DNA from: an uncultured Verrucomicrobiae bacterium
GTDB taxonomy: Bacteria > Chlamydiota > Chlamydiia > Chlamydiales > Rhabdochlamydiaceae
Direction of reading: 5' to 3'
Assembly (NCBI GenBank): GCA_963806855.1
Contig: CAWDYW010000001.1
Coordinates: 1,056,001 to 1,120,000 of the forward strand
DNA length: 64,000 bases
Both the position numbers and the translations under genes were made by a program. The number at the start of each line of letters is the position of its first letter. Position 1 is the first letter of the stretch. Positions 29,974-39,850 of the stretch are shown piece by piece. The notes beneath the pieces were generated by a model, which saw only the letters and a program-made list of their open reading frames with translations, made no database searches and had not been told where the DNA came from.

Positions 29974-31598
29974 AGTTGATTTTTCACTTGGTTGTCGATT
30001 TGTTTGTGAAGGGCGAGATTCTCTTCTCGATTTGTCTTGATTTCGATGAGGCACGTGCCCGCTACATGTAGTGCGTCTGACAATTCATCTCTGGTTTTTG
30101 GATTAAAGTAGGGCAATCCAAACAACTCGGCTGCTTTTGTAAATTCAATGTCATGCACTGCTGCAAAATAGGTGTCCAATAGATCTTTCCTCTCACCGAT
30201 GGCAATGAAGGAGAAAATGCCTCCGCCTCCATTGTTGATCACAATTAACTTGACCGGATGCTTCGTCTTCTTCAATTGTGCGAGTGAATTGAGATCATGC
30301 AGAAAGGTCTGATCGCCGACGACTGCAATCAGCGGCATGTGATGGGCGATCCCTGCGCAAGTGGCGATATTGCCATCAATTCCCGACAGCCCACGGTTGG
30401 CAAAAATCGGTCCCCGAGCCTCTTTGGGGAAGAAAAACATATCGGCATCGCGAATCGGCATGCTGCTGGCGATAAAAAGAGCTGCCCTATGATTCTCTAA
30501 TTCTTTGAATACTCCTGGCTCGGTGAGCAGATCGTTTTCGATGATGGGTGTGACAGAATAGTCGAACCATCGTTGCCGTTTTTCAAGCAGCTTAGCTACC
30601 TCGGCGCAAAAGAATTGGGGATCGCAGACAATCCGATCGGTGACCCGATGGAGCGGATCGCACCGTTTGCAGTGCGCCGCAACTTGGATCACCCGCTTCT
30701 GCAGTCCGACCCATTGCAGAACAAATTTAGAGACGAAAGCATCGCCAAAATGGAGCACTGCATCGACCTTGAAATCGGGGCGCGACTTCACAATGTGATG
30801 ATGGTAGGGGACGACTTGCGGGCTGGCCAAATGGCGGTGGGAGGAATTGATGTCGGCAAAGATGGGCCATCCGAGTTTTTCGGAGAGGAGATCGACGGCT
30901 TCGCAGCTTCCACTCCCACCGATGATGATGACACCCTTTTCGACTTCTCCCAATATATCCGCCCACTCTTCAATTTGGGCGTTAGTTAGGGTGAGCTCTG
31001 GCAACGTATAAGCAGTAGGAGTGAGCGACTGCGCTTTACATGGGTTCTCATCAAAAAAGGGCTCAGCAAATGGGCAATTGAGTTGAACAGGCCCTTTAAT
31101 TGGAAATATCGACCGGTTGACTAGTTGGGCAATCGTGGTGGAGAGAAAATTCTGCGGCAGTGCAGGGGAAGGCGAGGGGAGATCGAAAAAGTAATTGACC
31201 GAATCGGCGAAAATCTTGATCTGATCGCAAGTTTGATTGGCCATCACATCGCGTAGCTCGGCGGGACGATCGGAGGTGAGCACGATCAGAGGCACATGGG
31301 CATATTTGGCCTCCATGATCGCCGGCAGCAGATTTCCCACCGCTGTGCCTGAAGTGACGATGACAGCTGCAGGTTTTCCAGATGCTTTGGCATATCCTAA
31401 GGCGTGAAAAGCGGTCCCCCGCTCGTCAAGGTGAACAAAAGCGGTCACCTCGGGATGCTCTGCTACCGCCATCGCCAGCGGGGTCGAGCGGGATCCGGGG
31501 GAGAGGCAAAAATAGGTGACACCCTGCTGGACGAGTTGATCGACAATCGTTTTGCCCCATGTGGTTGTCAGCTGACCATTTTGCATACATTCCTCCAT
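29946..31598 (-). CDS. menD: SEPHCHC synthase
   Basis: SPGSRSTPL, DER, TSGTAV.NL.PA..EA, NRGLSGIDG, NNGGGGIF. Confidence 0.96.
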   Translation of the reverse strand: MEECMQNGQLTTTWGKTIVDQLVQQGVTYFCLSPGSRSTPLAMAVAEHPEVTAFVHLDERGTAFHALGYAKASGKPAAVIVTSGTAVGNLLPAIMEAKYAHVPLIVLTSDRPAELRDVMANQTCDQIKIFADSVNYFFDLPSPSPALPQNFLSTTIAQLVNRSIFPIKGPVQLNCPFAEPFFDENPCKAQSLTPTAYTLPELTLTNAQIEEWADILGEVEKGVIIIGGSGSCEAVDLLSEKLGWPIFADINSSHRHLASPQVVPYHHHIVKSRPDFKVDAVLHFGDAFVSKFVLQWVGLQKRVIQVAAHCKRCDPLHRVTDRIVCDPQFFCAEVAKLLEKRQRWFDYSVTPIIENDLLTEPGVFKELENHRAALFIASSMPIRDADMFFFPKEARGPIFANRGLSGIDGNIATCAGIAHHMPLIAVVGDQTFLHDLNSLAQLKKTKHPVKLIVINNGGGGIFSFIAIGERKDLLDTYFAAVHDIEFTKAAELFGLPYFNPKTRDELSDALHVAGTCLIEIKTNREENLALHKQIDNQVKNQLCSSFCTAS

Positions 31599-32818
31599 AG
31601 AGATGTTTTATGCTCAAGCTCGTCCCACTCCTTGCTTGGGACCGAACCTGCCACAATACCAGTTCCGGCAAAAAGATGGAGAGCATTTTCTTTGATGAGA
31701 GCCGAGCGAATCCCGACTGCGAACTCTGCGGTTTGCTGGGAAACAAACCCCAATGGAGAAGCATACCAACCCCGTTCAAATGGCTCAAAACGGAGGAGGT
31801 GTTCGAGGGCGCTGCGGCGAGGCAACCCTCCCATCGCGGCGGTGGGGTGCAAAGCGATTAATATTTGGGCATCTGTGGCGTCAGCCAATAGCTCGGCCTC
31901 GAAAGGATTATGGAGGTGTTGCACGTTGGGTGTTTTGATCACTCCGTCTGTCTCTTGGCATCCGATCGCACTACAAAAAGGCTTCAGCCCCTCGAGAATC
32001 GACGTTTTGACGAAATTAAACTCATTGCGCTCCTTTTGGTTCTCGAGCAGCTCTTTCTCTAGTCGCGCATCTTCCTCTTCGGTCTGCCCCCGCTTGCGTG
32101 TGCCCGCAATCGCCTCAGTCCAAAGCTTGCGCCTCTCTCGACGATAGAGCCGCTCAGGGGTGACGCCGATGAAAGTGCTGTTTTCTGTAAACTGAATGGC
32201 AAAACGAATTCCACCCTTCGCTTGCATTTTTGATAGGAATTGGAGAGGATTGATTGAAGAAGAGCAGGTATGGGTAGAGCGCCTGGCCATCACCACTTTA
32301 TCAAACGCCTGTCCCTCAATTTCACTTAGCGCCTCTTCGATCAGCATCGTCCAGTTCTCCTGCGACGGGAAATGCTCACTTTTCTCGATATCGACCTGAC
32401 TAGTCGAGAAATAGGCCGGGGCAACCTGAATTTCTTCGACCGCGCCGTTCAAAGCATGGCAAATCAGCAGAACTCGATCGTCCTGCCGCACAATCTCATA
32501 TTTGGGAAGAAAAAAGCCGCATCTTGGAAACGACTCCCATAGGGCATCCTTGGCACTTGTCTGTGGGGAAAATGCATGGCCACCCCAGAGCCGCGCTGGA
32601 GAGTCGTTCCCAGGATCGAACTGAGGAACTTCGGATAAACTGAGTAAGCTCCCCACGGCAGCGACCTCAAAGCCATCCCGTCCCTTCCAGTAGAACTTCG
32701 GTCCTAGCTCTTGTCCATCGAGCCAAGCGAGTAGATCGAGGGAAGAAGAGAGCTCTCGTTTGGCGAGTCGATGAAAGTATCTTTCTCCATTCAGACATAA
32801 AGTGAAAGATTCGGCCAT
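31568..32818 (-). CDS. menF: Isochorismate synthase
   Basis: KVVMAR, TPERL, EAIAGT, LHPTAAMGGLP, RGWYA, FAGTGIV. Confidence 0.93.
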   Translation of the reverse strand: MAESFTLCLNGERYFHRLAKRELSSSLDLLAWLDGQELGPKFYWKGRDGFEVAAVGSLLSLSEVPQFDPGNDSPARLWGGHAFSPQTSAKDALWESFPRCGFFLPKYEIVRQDDRVLLICHALNGAVEEIQVAPAYFSTSQVDIEKSEHFPSQENWTMLIEEALSEIEGQAFDKVVMARRSTHTCSSSINPLQFLSKMQAKGGIRFAIQFTENSTFIGVTPERLYRRERRKLWTEAIAGTRKRGQTEEEDARLEKELLENQKERNEFNFVKTSILEGLKPFCSAIGCQETDGVIKTPNVQHLHNPFEAELLADATDAQILIALHPTAAMGGLPRRSALEHLLRFEPFERGWYASPLGFVSQQTAEFAVGIRSALIKENALHLFAGTGIVAGSVPSKEWDELEHKTSLWRNVCKMVS

Positions 32819-32914
32819 GAGTAAACCCTTGATTTATAACGTTTAATCATAATAATGAAAAAACTTATTTTTTATAATTAAAAAAATTTCTAAAGTAGGA
32901 TCTGGGAGGGGAAA

Positions 32915-33298
32915 ATGCTCAATAGAGACAAGCTCAAATTATTCCGGGAACATCAGATCGAAGAGTTGCTACTGAATGCCCATTTCGAATGCGAATCGGG
33001 AATCGATCTCATTGACGAGTACTTTGCCGTTGAATCGTCCCTCGACCTCATTACCCAGTATGCCCAGAAGTTGCTAAATGAAATCAACGACTCTGAGACC
33101 CGTCAGGCAATTATCCGCAATCTCAACGATTGCATCATCGTCAAGTCTCAATATGAGAAGAAGAGTCTTGCTGGGAAAGTCAAAAACATCGTCGCAAAAA
33201 TCGGAATCAACCTGGGGAAAAACCGGGAGATCCGCCGCGCCGAAGCCTTCATTCATGCTGCGAACATGATCAGAGAGCAGCCGCGGGAGTCTGTGTAG
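32915..33298 (+). CDS. Hypothetical protein
   Basis: 127-aa ORF preceded by a GGAGG Shine-Dalgarno sequence. Confidence 0.65.
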   Translation: MLNRDKLKLFREHQIEELLLNAHFECESGIDLIDEYFAVESSLDLITQYAQKLLNEINDSETRQAIIRNLNDCIIVKSQYEKKSLAGKVKNIVAKIGINLGKNREIRRAEAFIHAANMIREQPRESV

Positions 33299-33965
33299 GG
33301 GCGTTAGAAGGTTTCTTAAGTGATACTAATGCCTCAGCGATAAAGTTGTTCATGCAGTGAGCAAAAAAAGAGGCTGCAAATCCATATTGATAATAGAGAT
33401 TTCCAAGTACCATGCCAGGAAAGCATGCCACTATGGCTTGGGTCAAATGACCTTTAGAACTATTAAAATAATGCATAGATCCGAATAAGGAGCTCGCGAT
33501 GAAAATAGATGCTAAAGCCGTATAAGAAAATGCAGGCATCATCTTTGTAATCAGCCACTCACTGGTATTTTGGAGAATGATACGAAATTGAAGTTCTTCC
33601 ACAAGGGGACCTGCGACGGATACAAAAAATGGAGAGACACTGGCGAGAGCATCAGCATATTCTTGATCGGCTGGTTTAAAACCAAAATAAAGAAGCGCAC
33701 CCGCTAATAGCATACTTCCGCCCATCTGTATAGGGAGCATTTTAGCAGCCACAATTAGTTCTCCGGGTAAATAATCTTGACTAGAGGCCAAAATTGAGAG
33801 TGCTATCGCAGAGATGATGATTTTTCGTTGAGCGGTATTGGAAAAAAGACGATCAATAGGAGAGATTATTCTTTCTATTAAAGATGTTTGGTATTTTAAA
33901 TAAGCACCTGTCATTTTTGATAGTGTCATAGTTACAATTATACATATTTTAATATATATTTTCAA
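33270..33965 (-). CDS. CPBP family intramembrane metalloprotease
   Basis: GPLVEELQFR, LFGSMH, FAHCMNN; start uncertain. Confidence 0.8.
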   Translation of the reverse strand: MKIYIKICIIVTMTLSKMTGAYLKYQTSLIERIISPIDRLFSNTAQRKIIISAIALSILASSQDYLPGELIVAAKMLPIQMGGSMLLAGALLYFGFKPADQEYADALASVSPFFVSVAGPLVEELQFRIILQNTSEWLITKMMPAFSYTALASIFIASSLFGSMHYFNSSKGHLTQAIVACFPGMVLGNLYYQYGFAASFFAHCMNNFIAEALVSLKKPSNAPTQTPAAAL

Positions 33966-34147
33966 TTAAAAATTATGGTGAGTTATCGCTATGAGTGACA
34001 AGGGGTTATAAACAGAAAACCTCAAAAACTCGGTATAACATGTTTATTGTTAGTAAATTGCGTTATAGAGAAAATTAAAATTTATTATATAATGAAGTTA
34101 ATTTTTAAAAATGTTTAAATTATTATTAATTTAATATGGTGTAAGTA

Positions 34148-35023
34148 ATGATTAATGCAAGTTCGCCCGCGACTACACTCCCCTTGGCCAAAACAATGGA
34201 GGGGCTATCGTACTACGATGACTTCGGAGATTATAAGGTTCCCACTGAAGTCATCGCTCGAATTTTCAGTTATTTGCCTTCAGGGGATTTGTATGACGCC
34301 AGAGGAGCCTGCCGAACATGGTACGTCATCGCATCCAATCAGCTTACCTTACCCCGATTATTCCCAGGGGCTCCTGTCGTCAATCAAGGAAGGTGGGATG
34401 CCCATGTTGATTTAAAGAAGCATGGACTGGTCTTTGAACCTCTAGAGCAACCTCGCCTATATTATAAGAGCGATTATATGGAATTAAGCCGGATAGCATC
34501 TGAGGTCGAAAAATCTAAAATCAAAGAAAGGGAGGGGATTTCCTTTTTGACTCTGCCGAAGGGGCTCACAGTGAATAAAATCATCGCCATTGTAGGAGCT
34601 CCCAAGATGGGCAATTCGACCCAATTTGGATATATTTGTGGCGATATTATCGCAAAATATGGGGATAAGAAAATCGAAAAGACTGTTATAGTAGCGATTA
34701 CGAACGGGATATTCAACAATTCTTGCAGCCTAAGCGTTGATCAACAAATGGATCTAGTGAAGGGATTAAAATGCGACATGCTTAAACTAGTGGCGGTCAT
34801 GGCCCTAACGATCATGAGATATATCAGTTCCGATCCCGCTAGCCCTCTGCGACTTTTTGGGAATGATCCATTTACCTTTACCCGTTGTGCTGAAGAGATC
34901 CGCGGGTTCAACTGTATTTTTGGGAGCTTCGGCTTGCCAGGACCGTACGTCTCCTTCTACCCTCTCGAGTCTCCGGCCCACGGCGCTGGGGGGCAGCGGA
35001 AGCTTGAGGGCGATCGCTATTGA
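34148..35023 (+). CDS. F-box protein with hypervariable C-terminus, paralog A
   Basis: F-box VPTEVIARIFSYL...DL......CRTW; paralogous to 35194, 37040 and 51948. Confidence 0.85.
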   Translation: MINASSPATTLPLAKTMEGLSYYDDFGDYKVPTEVIARIFSYLPSGDLYDARGACRTWYVIASNQLTLPRLFPGAPVVNQGRWDAHVDLKKHGLVFEPLEQPRLYYKSDYMELSRIASEVEKSKIKEREGISFLTLPKGLTVNKIIAIVGAPKMGNSTQFGYICGDIIAKYGDKKIEKTVIVAITNGIFNNSCSLSVDQQMDLVKGLKCDMLKLVAVMALTIMRYISSDPASPLRLFGNDPFTFTRCAEEIRGFNCIFGSFGLPGPYVSFYPLESPAHGAGGQRKLEGDRY

Positions 35024-35193
35024 ACAATGGCTGTCTGTGCAGGGAAGTAATTTATACCCCGGCCCCGCCCAAAAGCCTTCATTCATGCCGTCCAAATGGT
35101 CAGCGACGATGCGCGTGAGTCCATCCGGGACAGTTAATTTTTATTCATAGAATTTGGGTATAATGTTAATATTGCCACTAATTTAGTGGTAAA

Positions 35194-36058
35194 ATGATGT
35201 TCAATTCAATTTTTACATTTCAACAAGATGAAAAGAGAGCCCTGCCTCTTGCCAAAACAATCGCGAATGTACCTTCAAACACCATGATTAGGGGCTCTCA
35301 AATTCCAAAGGACCTGCTCAGCCTAATTTTTTGCCTACTAGCTGCTGAAGCTTTGTACAGTGCCCGAGGAGTCTGCCGATTATGGTACGTCATCGCTTCA
35401 AATCAGCTTTCCTTACCTCGATTATTCCCAGAGGCTCCTTTCGTCGATCAAAGAGTTTGGGATGCCCATGTTGATTTAAAGAAGCATGGACTCGTCTTTG
35501 AGGAGATCCTGCAGCCCCGTCTGTATTTATAAGGGCGATTGTATGCAATTAAGGCGCATGGCGGCTGAAGTAGAAGGAGGTGGGGGGATTTCCTTTTTGA
35601 TTCTTCCGAAAGGGCTTAACTTGCATAAGATTATCGCCATTGCAGGAGCTCCCAAGACCGGCAATTCGATCAAGTTTAGACTTATTTGGGACAGCATTGT
35701 CAAAAAATATGGGGATAAGGAAATCGAAAAGACCGTCATTGTCGCGATTACGAACGGGGTATTTAAACGCAGTAATGGCATAAGTGGTGCTGAACAAGAA
35801 GAGCTATTAAAGGGAGTAAAATGCGACATACCTGAATTAGTGGCGGTCCTAGCCTTAGTGATCCTGAGATACATTAGTTCTGATCCCAAGAGTCCACTGC
35901 GACTTTTTGACATTCTTACCCTTTGCGCGGAAGACATCGGAGGAACCCGCTTGGCCTTTGGATTCACCCCTGTGGGTCCCCGTACCAGCGTGAGCGGCTT
36001 CGACTACGAATGTTACGGCGTTGGGGGACAGTGGAAGTTCGAGGGCATTGGCTATTGA
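35194..36058 (+). pseudogene. F-box paralog B, split by a +1 T frameshift near 35527 (real or sequencing error)
   Basis: tatttataag here versus tattataag in paralogs A and C; ORFs 35194..35532 and 35486..36058 join into a full paralog. Confidence 0.7.
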
Positions 36059-36071
36059 GGTTTTGGTTTGC

Positions 36072-36160
36072 TATACTCCGACTCATCCAAAAGTGTGAAT
36101 TTGGACCGCGAGAGCTTTCGCATAGATCCAAATTCACACTTTTGGGCGAGGCGGAGTATA
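36072..36160. repeat. Palindromic element, family 2
   Basis: tatactccg...ccaaaagtgtgaatttgga ... tccaaattcacacttttgg...cggagtata. Confidence 0.85.
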
Positions 36161-36541
36161 TTATCTTATAATCTCGACGAGTTCTGAATAACTTTTCAAA
36201 CATTCATCATCAGTCAGTAAGATCAGGGGTTCACAAATAGCCTGCGCAACCAAAATTCGGTCAAAAGGATCTCTATGAATATCAGGAAGGGATGTGACTG
36301 CTGATGCATGTCGAGCCGAAATGGGGAGTTCTATAAAATCGCTAGTCACTATAGCATCGACAATCTGATTGATATCGGCATGCAGCTTTTTAAGTTTAAT
36401 TTTAATGGCTAATTCCCAAATCGAAGCGCTGCTCACATAGACTTCTGTTGCCTCTATAATCTTAGATTTTGCAATCTTTGAAAGGTTTTTGTCGTTTATA
36501 ATCCACCATAAATAGACATGTGTATCAAGTAGAAATCTCAT
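36161..36541 (-). CDS. vapC: PIN-domain VapC-family toxin
   Basis: LLDTHVYLWW, SSASIWE, HRDPFDRIL.AQA. Confidence 0.93.
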   Translation of the reverse strand: MRFLLDTHVYLWWIINDKNLSKIAKSKIIEATEVYVSSASIWELAIKIKLKKLHADINQIVDAIVTSDFIELPISARHASAVTSLPDIHRDPFDRILVAQAICEPLILLTDDECLKSYSELVEIIR

Positions 36542-36774
36542 GAGTGCCCCTCAAAGGATGCAATGATGTCTTCTGGCAAGGGTTCATAAAAACCTTTAGA
36601 TATTTTAATTTTGCCTTTGAGTACGCCCAATGATCGTTTGGGTTTTTTGCCAATCGGGACAAGTCTGGCGACAGGTTTTCCCGCCATTGCAATCACAATC
36701 TCGTTTCCATGAATAACTCCATCAACGAGTTTTGAGAAATGTGTTTTAGCTTCATGCATATTAAAAATTCGCAT
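36538..36774 (-). CDS. Phd/YefM-family antitoxin
   Basis: NMHEAKTHFSKLVD, GKPVARLVP; ATGA overlap with the toxin. Confidence 0.92.
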   Translation of the reverse strand: MRIFNMHEAKTHFSKLVDGVIHGNEIVIAMAGKPVARLVPIGKKPKRSLGVLKGKIKISKGFYEPLPEDIIASFEGHS

Positions 36775-36806
36775 AGGGCTCCCTCCAATGTAAAACCTTT
36801 ATATCC

Positions 36807-36820
36807 GACTAAGCTTAGTC
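36807..36820. promoter_or_regulatory. Probable toxin-antitoxin autoregulatory operator
   Basis: Perfect palindrome gactaagcttagtc about 33 bp upstream of the antitoxin start. Confidence 0.5.
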
Positions 36821-37039
36821 TAGTCTATTTCAAAATTTATAGCAAGGTCTAAGATCCTTTGGTCAAGGATACCATATTTTTGTATTGTTAACTTATTCAT
36901 CATTAAGTAGATATGGTTATATGTAAATTAAAATTTTTTTAGTATAGTTTAATTAAATTACATAAAATGTTAAAATTACTATTAATTTTAATGTGAGGAA
37001 AATAAGATTAATGTAATTTCGACGTTTCTGCGCTTTGCT

Positions 37040-37921
37040 ATGCAGTTTCAATATGAATATGCTGGAATTGATGGCGAACCAGAAGATAAAACAGAGCGAA
37101 CACTTCCCTTGGCCAAAACAATGGAGGGGCTATCGCAGTACGATGACTTTGGAGGCTCTAAGGTTCCCAGAGATATCATCGCTCTAATTTTCAGTCATTT
37201 GCGGCCAGAAGATTTGTATAAAGCCCGAAGAGTCTGCCGAACCTGGTATGTCATCGCATCCAATATGCTTACCTTGCCTCGATTATTTCGAGAGGCTCCT
37301 ATCGTCGATGGAAAGATGTGGGATCCTCATGTTGATTTAGATAAGCATTGCCTAGTCTTTGAGGATATAGCCCAACCCCGCCTTTATTATAAGAGCGATT
37401 ATGAGGAATTAAGCCGTATGGCAGCTGAAGTTGAAAATAACCAGGGGATTTCCTTTTTGACTCTGCCGAAAGGGCTCACATTAAATAAAGTCATCGCCAT
37501 TGCAGGAGCTCCCAAGATGGGCAATTCGACCAAAGTTAAAATTTGGTGGGACCGAATTGTCGAAAAATATGGGGATAAGGAAATCGAAAAGACAGTCACA
37601 ATGGCGATTACGAACGGGGTATTCAACAAGTCTAGAAACCTAAACATTGCTAAACAAAAGGAGCTAGTGGAGGGATTAAAATGCGACATGCATGAAATAG
37701 TGGCAGTCATGGCCCTAGCGATCATGAGATACATCAGTTCCGATCCCGATAGCCCTCTGCGACTTTTTGGGGATGATCCATTGACCTATACCCGTTGTTT
37801 TGAAGAGTCTGCGGTCTTTGGGGGCTTCGCCCCGGCTGGCACGGGCGCGTACTACGACGATTTCGATTATGAGAACAGCGGCGTGGGCGGTCAGCGGACG
37901 TTAGAGGGCGATCGCTATTGA
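37040..37921 (+). CDS. F-box protein with hypervariable C-terminus, paralog C
   Basis: VPRDIIALIFSHL..EDL..ARRVCRTW; closely similar to paralog A. Confidence 0.85.
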   Translation: MQFQYEYAGIDGEPEDKTERTLPLAKTMEGLSQYDDFGGSKVPRDIIALIFSHLRPEDLYKARRVCRTWYVIASNMLTLPRLFREAPIVDGKMWDPHVDLDKHCLVFEDIAQPRLYYKSDYEELSRMAAEVENNQGISFLTLPKGLTLNKVIAIAGAPKMGNSTKVKIWWDRIVEKYGDKEIEKTVTMAITNGVFNKSRNLNIAKQKELVEGLKCDMHEIVAVMALAIMRYISSDPDSPLRLFGDDPLTYTRCFEESAVFGGFAPAGTGAYYDDFDYENSGVGGQRTLEGDRY

Positions 37922-37949
37922 ACACTTGGTCATTGGCTAGGCCAGAGCC

Positions 37950-39763
37950 CTATTTCCCTCGTTTCCGATCGATCTCTTTTAAGTGCCGTTTGCGGAGGCG
38001 AATGAAATTGGGTGTCACTTCGATCAATTCGTCATTTTCGATAAAGTCGATCGCCTGCTCGAGCGTAAATGGACGCGGTGGAACGAGGATGATGTTTTCA
38101 TCGCTGCCGGAGGCGCGGACGTTCGTCAGCTGCTTTTCTTTCGTGACGTTGACGATCAGGTCGTTATCGCGGCTATTTTCACCGACGATCATCCCTTCAT
38201 AGACTTCATCGCCAGGTCTGACAAAGAGAGTGCCTCGTTCTTGCAAGTTAAAGCAGGCATAGGCGGTAGTTCTTCCGCCGCACATCGAGACGAGTGACGC
38301 CTTGGTGCCTTCCGGGGATTTCCCCTTTCCACGGGCCGAAGTGGTCGAAAATCGAGGTGAGGATTCCGAGGCCGCGGGTTTGCGGTCATGAACTCGTTGC
38401 GGTAACCCATGAAGCCGCGGGTGGGGATCAAGAACTCGAAGGTGGTAATGTTGTGCTCGTTGGTGCTCAGCGCTCGCATTTCTCCTTTGCGGCGAGAGAG
38501 CTCTTCGATAACCGTGCCTGAAAATTCTTCAGGGACTTCGATATGGGCTGATTCGTATGGGTTCAGTGTTTGCCCATTTTCTTCTTTGGTGATGACCTGA
38601 GGTTTGGAGATGGTGAATTCGTAATTTTCGCGGCGCATCGCTTCGATGAGCACGGCCAGGTGGAGTTCGCCGCGGCCGCAGACGCGCATCGCATCTTCGC
38701 GCCCGTTTCAGCTCTTCAATTTTCAATGAGATATTGGCGCGTCTTTCTTGGTTGAGGCGGTCGCGGAGTTTATTCATCGTGACGTGCTTGCCGTCTTTAC
38801 CTACAAAGGGGCCGTTGTTGACCGTCATTTCGATAGAAAGTGTCGGCTCGGCAAGGGTAATGGGAGGGAGTTGGACGATGTGCTCAGGTGAGCAGAGGGT
38901 GTCGCCAATGATTATTTCGGGAATTCCGGCGATGTTGACGATGTCGCCGACGCCGGCTTCTTCCATCTCCACTTTTTTCAGGCCAAAGTAGCCTTCGATC
39001 CGGCTCACTTTGTGCTGTGGTGGATGCCCTTCGGATTGATACGGGTGATGGTTTGCCCTTTTTGCATTTTCCTTCGAGAATTCGTCCGCAGGCTTGTCGT
39101 CCGACGAAATCGTCATAGGTGAGGGTGGTGGCTTGCATAAGGAAGGGGAGGTCCATGTTTCCTGGCGGCGCAGGGCACTGCTTCTATGATCAGCTCGAAA
39201 GAGGGGGCGCATGTCTTTCGCTGGATCATTGAGATTGACGGGTAGCAAAGCCGGAGAGGCCGGAGGCATAGCCAATGGGAAAGTCGAGCTGTTCATCGGT
39301 TGCGCCGAGCTCGACAAAGAGATCAAAGGTGAGGTTGAGCGCGCGGTCAGGATCGGCGTGTGGGCGGTCGATTTTATTGAGGACGACGATCGGTCTAAGG
39401 CCGATTTTAAGGGCTTGGGAGAGGACGAAACGGGTCTGCGGCATCGGCCTTCTTGGGCATCGACTAGGAGCAGAACGCAGTTGACCAGTCCGAGGACCCG
39501 CTCCACTTCACCGGAGAAATCAGCGTGGCCAGGGGTGTCGATAATATTAATTTTATAATCTTCGTAGAAAATGCTGGTATGTTTGGCAAAAATCGTGATG
39601 CCGCGCTCTTTTTCCTGGTCATAGCTGTCCATGACCCGTTCGGGGACTTTTCATTGTCTCGGAAGATATTGGATTGTTTAAGAAGGCTATCGAGCAGGGT
39701 GGTTTTCCCATGGTCAATGTGGGCGATAATGGCGATATTGCGAATTTTTTCTGGCTGGTACAT
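37950..39763 (-). CDS. typA: Translational GTPase TypA/BipA (multiple frameshifts, probably errors)
   Basis: [37 protein letters not shown] and EVTP..IRLRK lie across frames. Confidence 0.9.
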
Positions 39764-39850
39764 ATTATTTCCTTGCGATCCCAGTCAGTATAGTAAATGT
39801 AAGGATTGAAAAGAAGCCCCATTTTTGATATATTATGACAAGCTGAGGAG

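Noticed and set aside
35024..37039. DGR template repeat or reverse transcriptase near the F-box array
   Set aside because: No AAC-rich copy of the variable block was found in the intergenic DNA, and no ORF has RT motifs. The DGR idea remains a hypothesis.
37950..39763. typA (and glgX, gyrA, gyrB) as true pseudogenes or programmed frameshifts
   Set aside because: The indels are too many and irregular, coding motifs are otherwise intact, and gyrase is normally essential. Sequence error is more likely.
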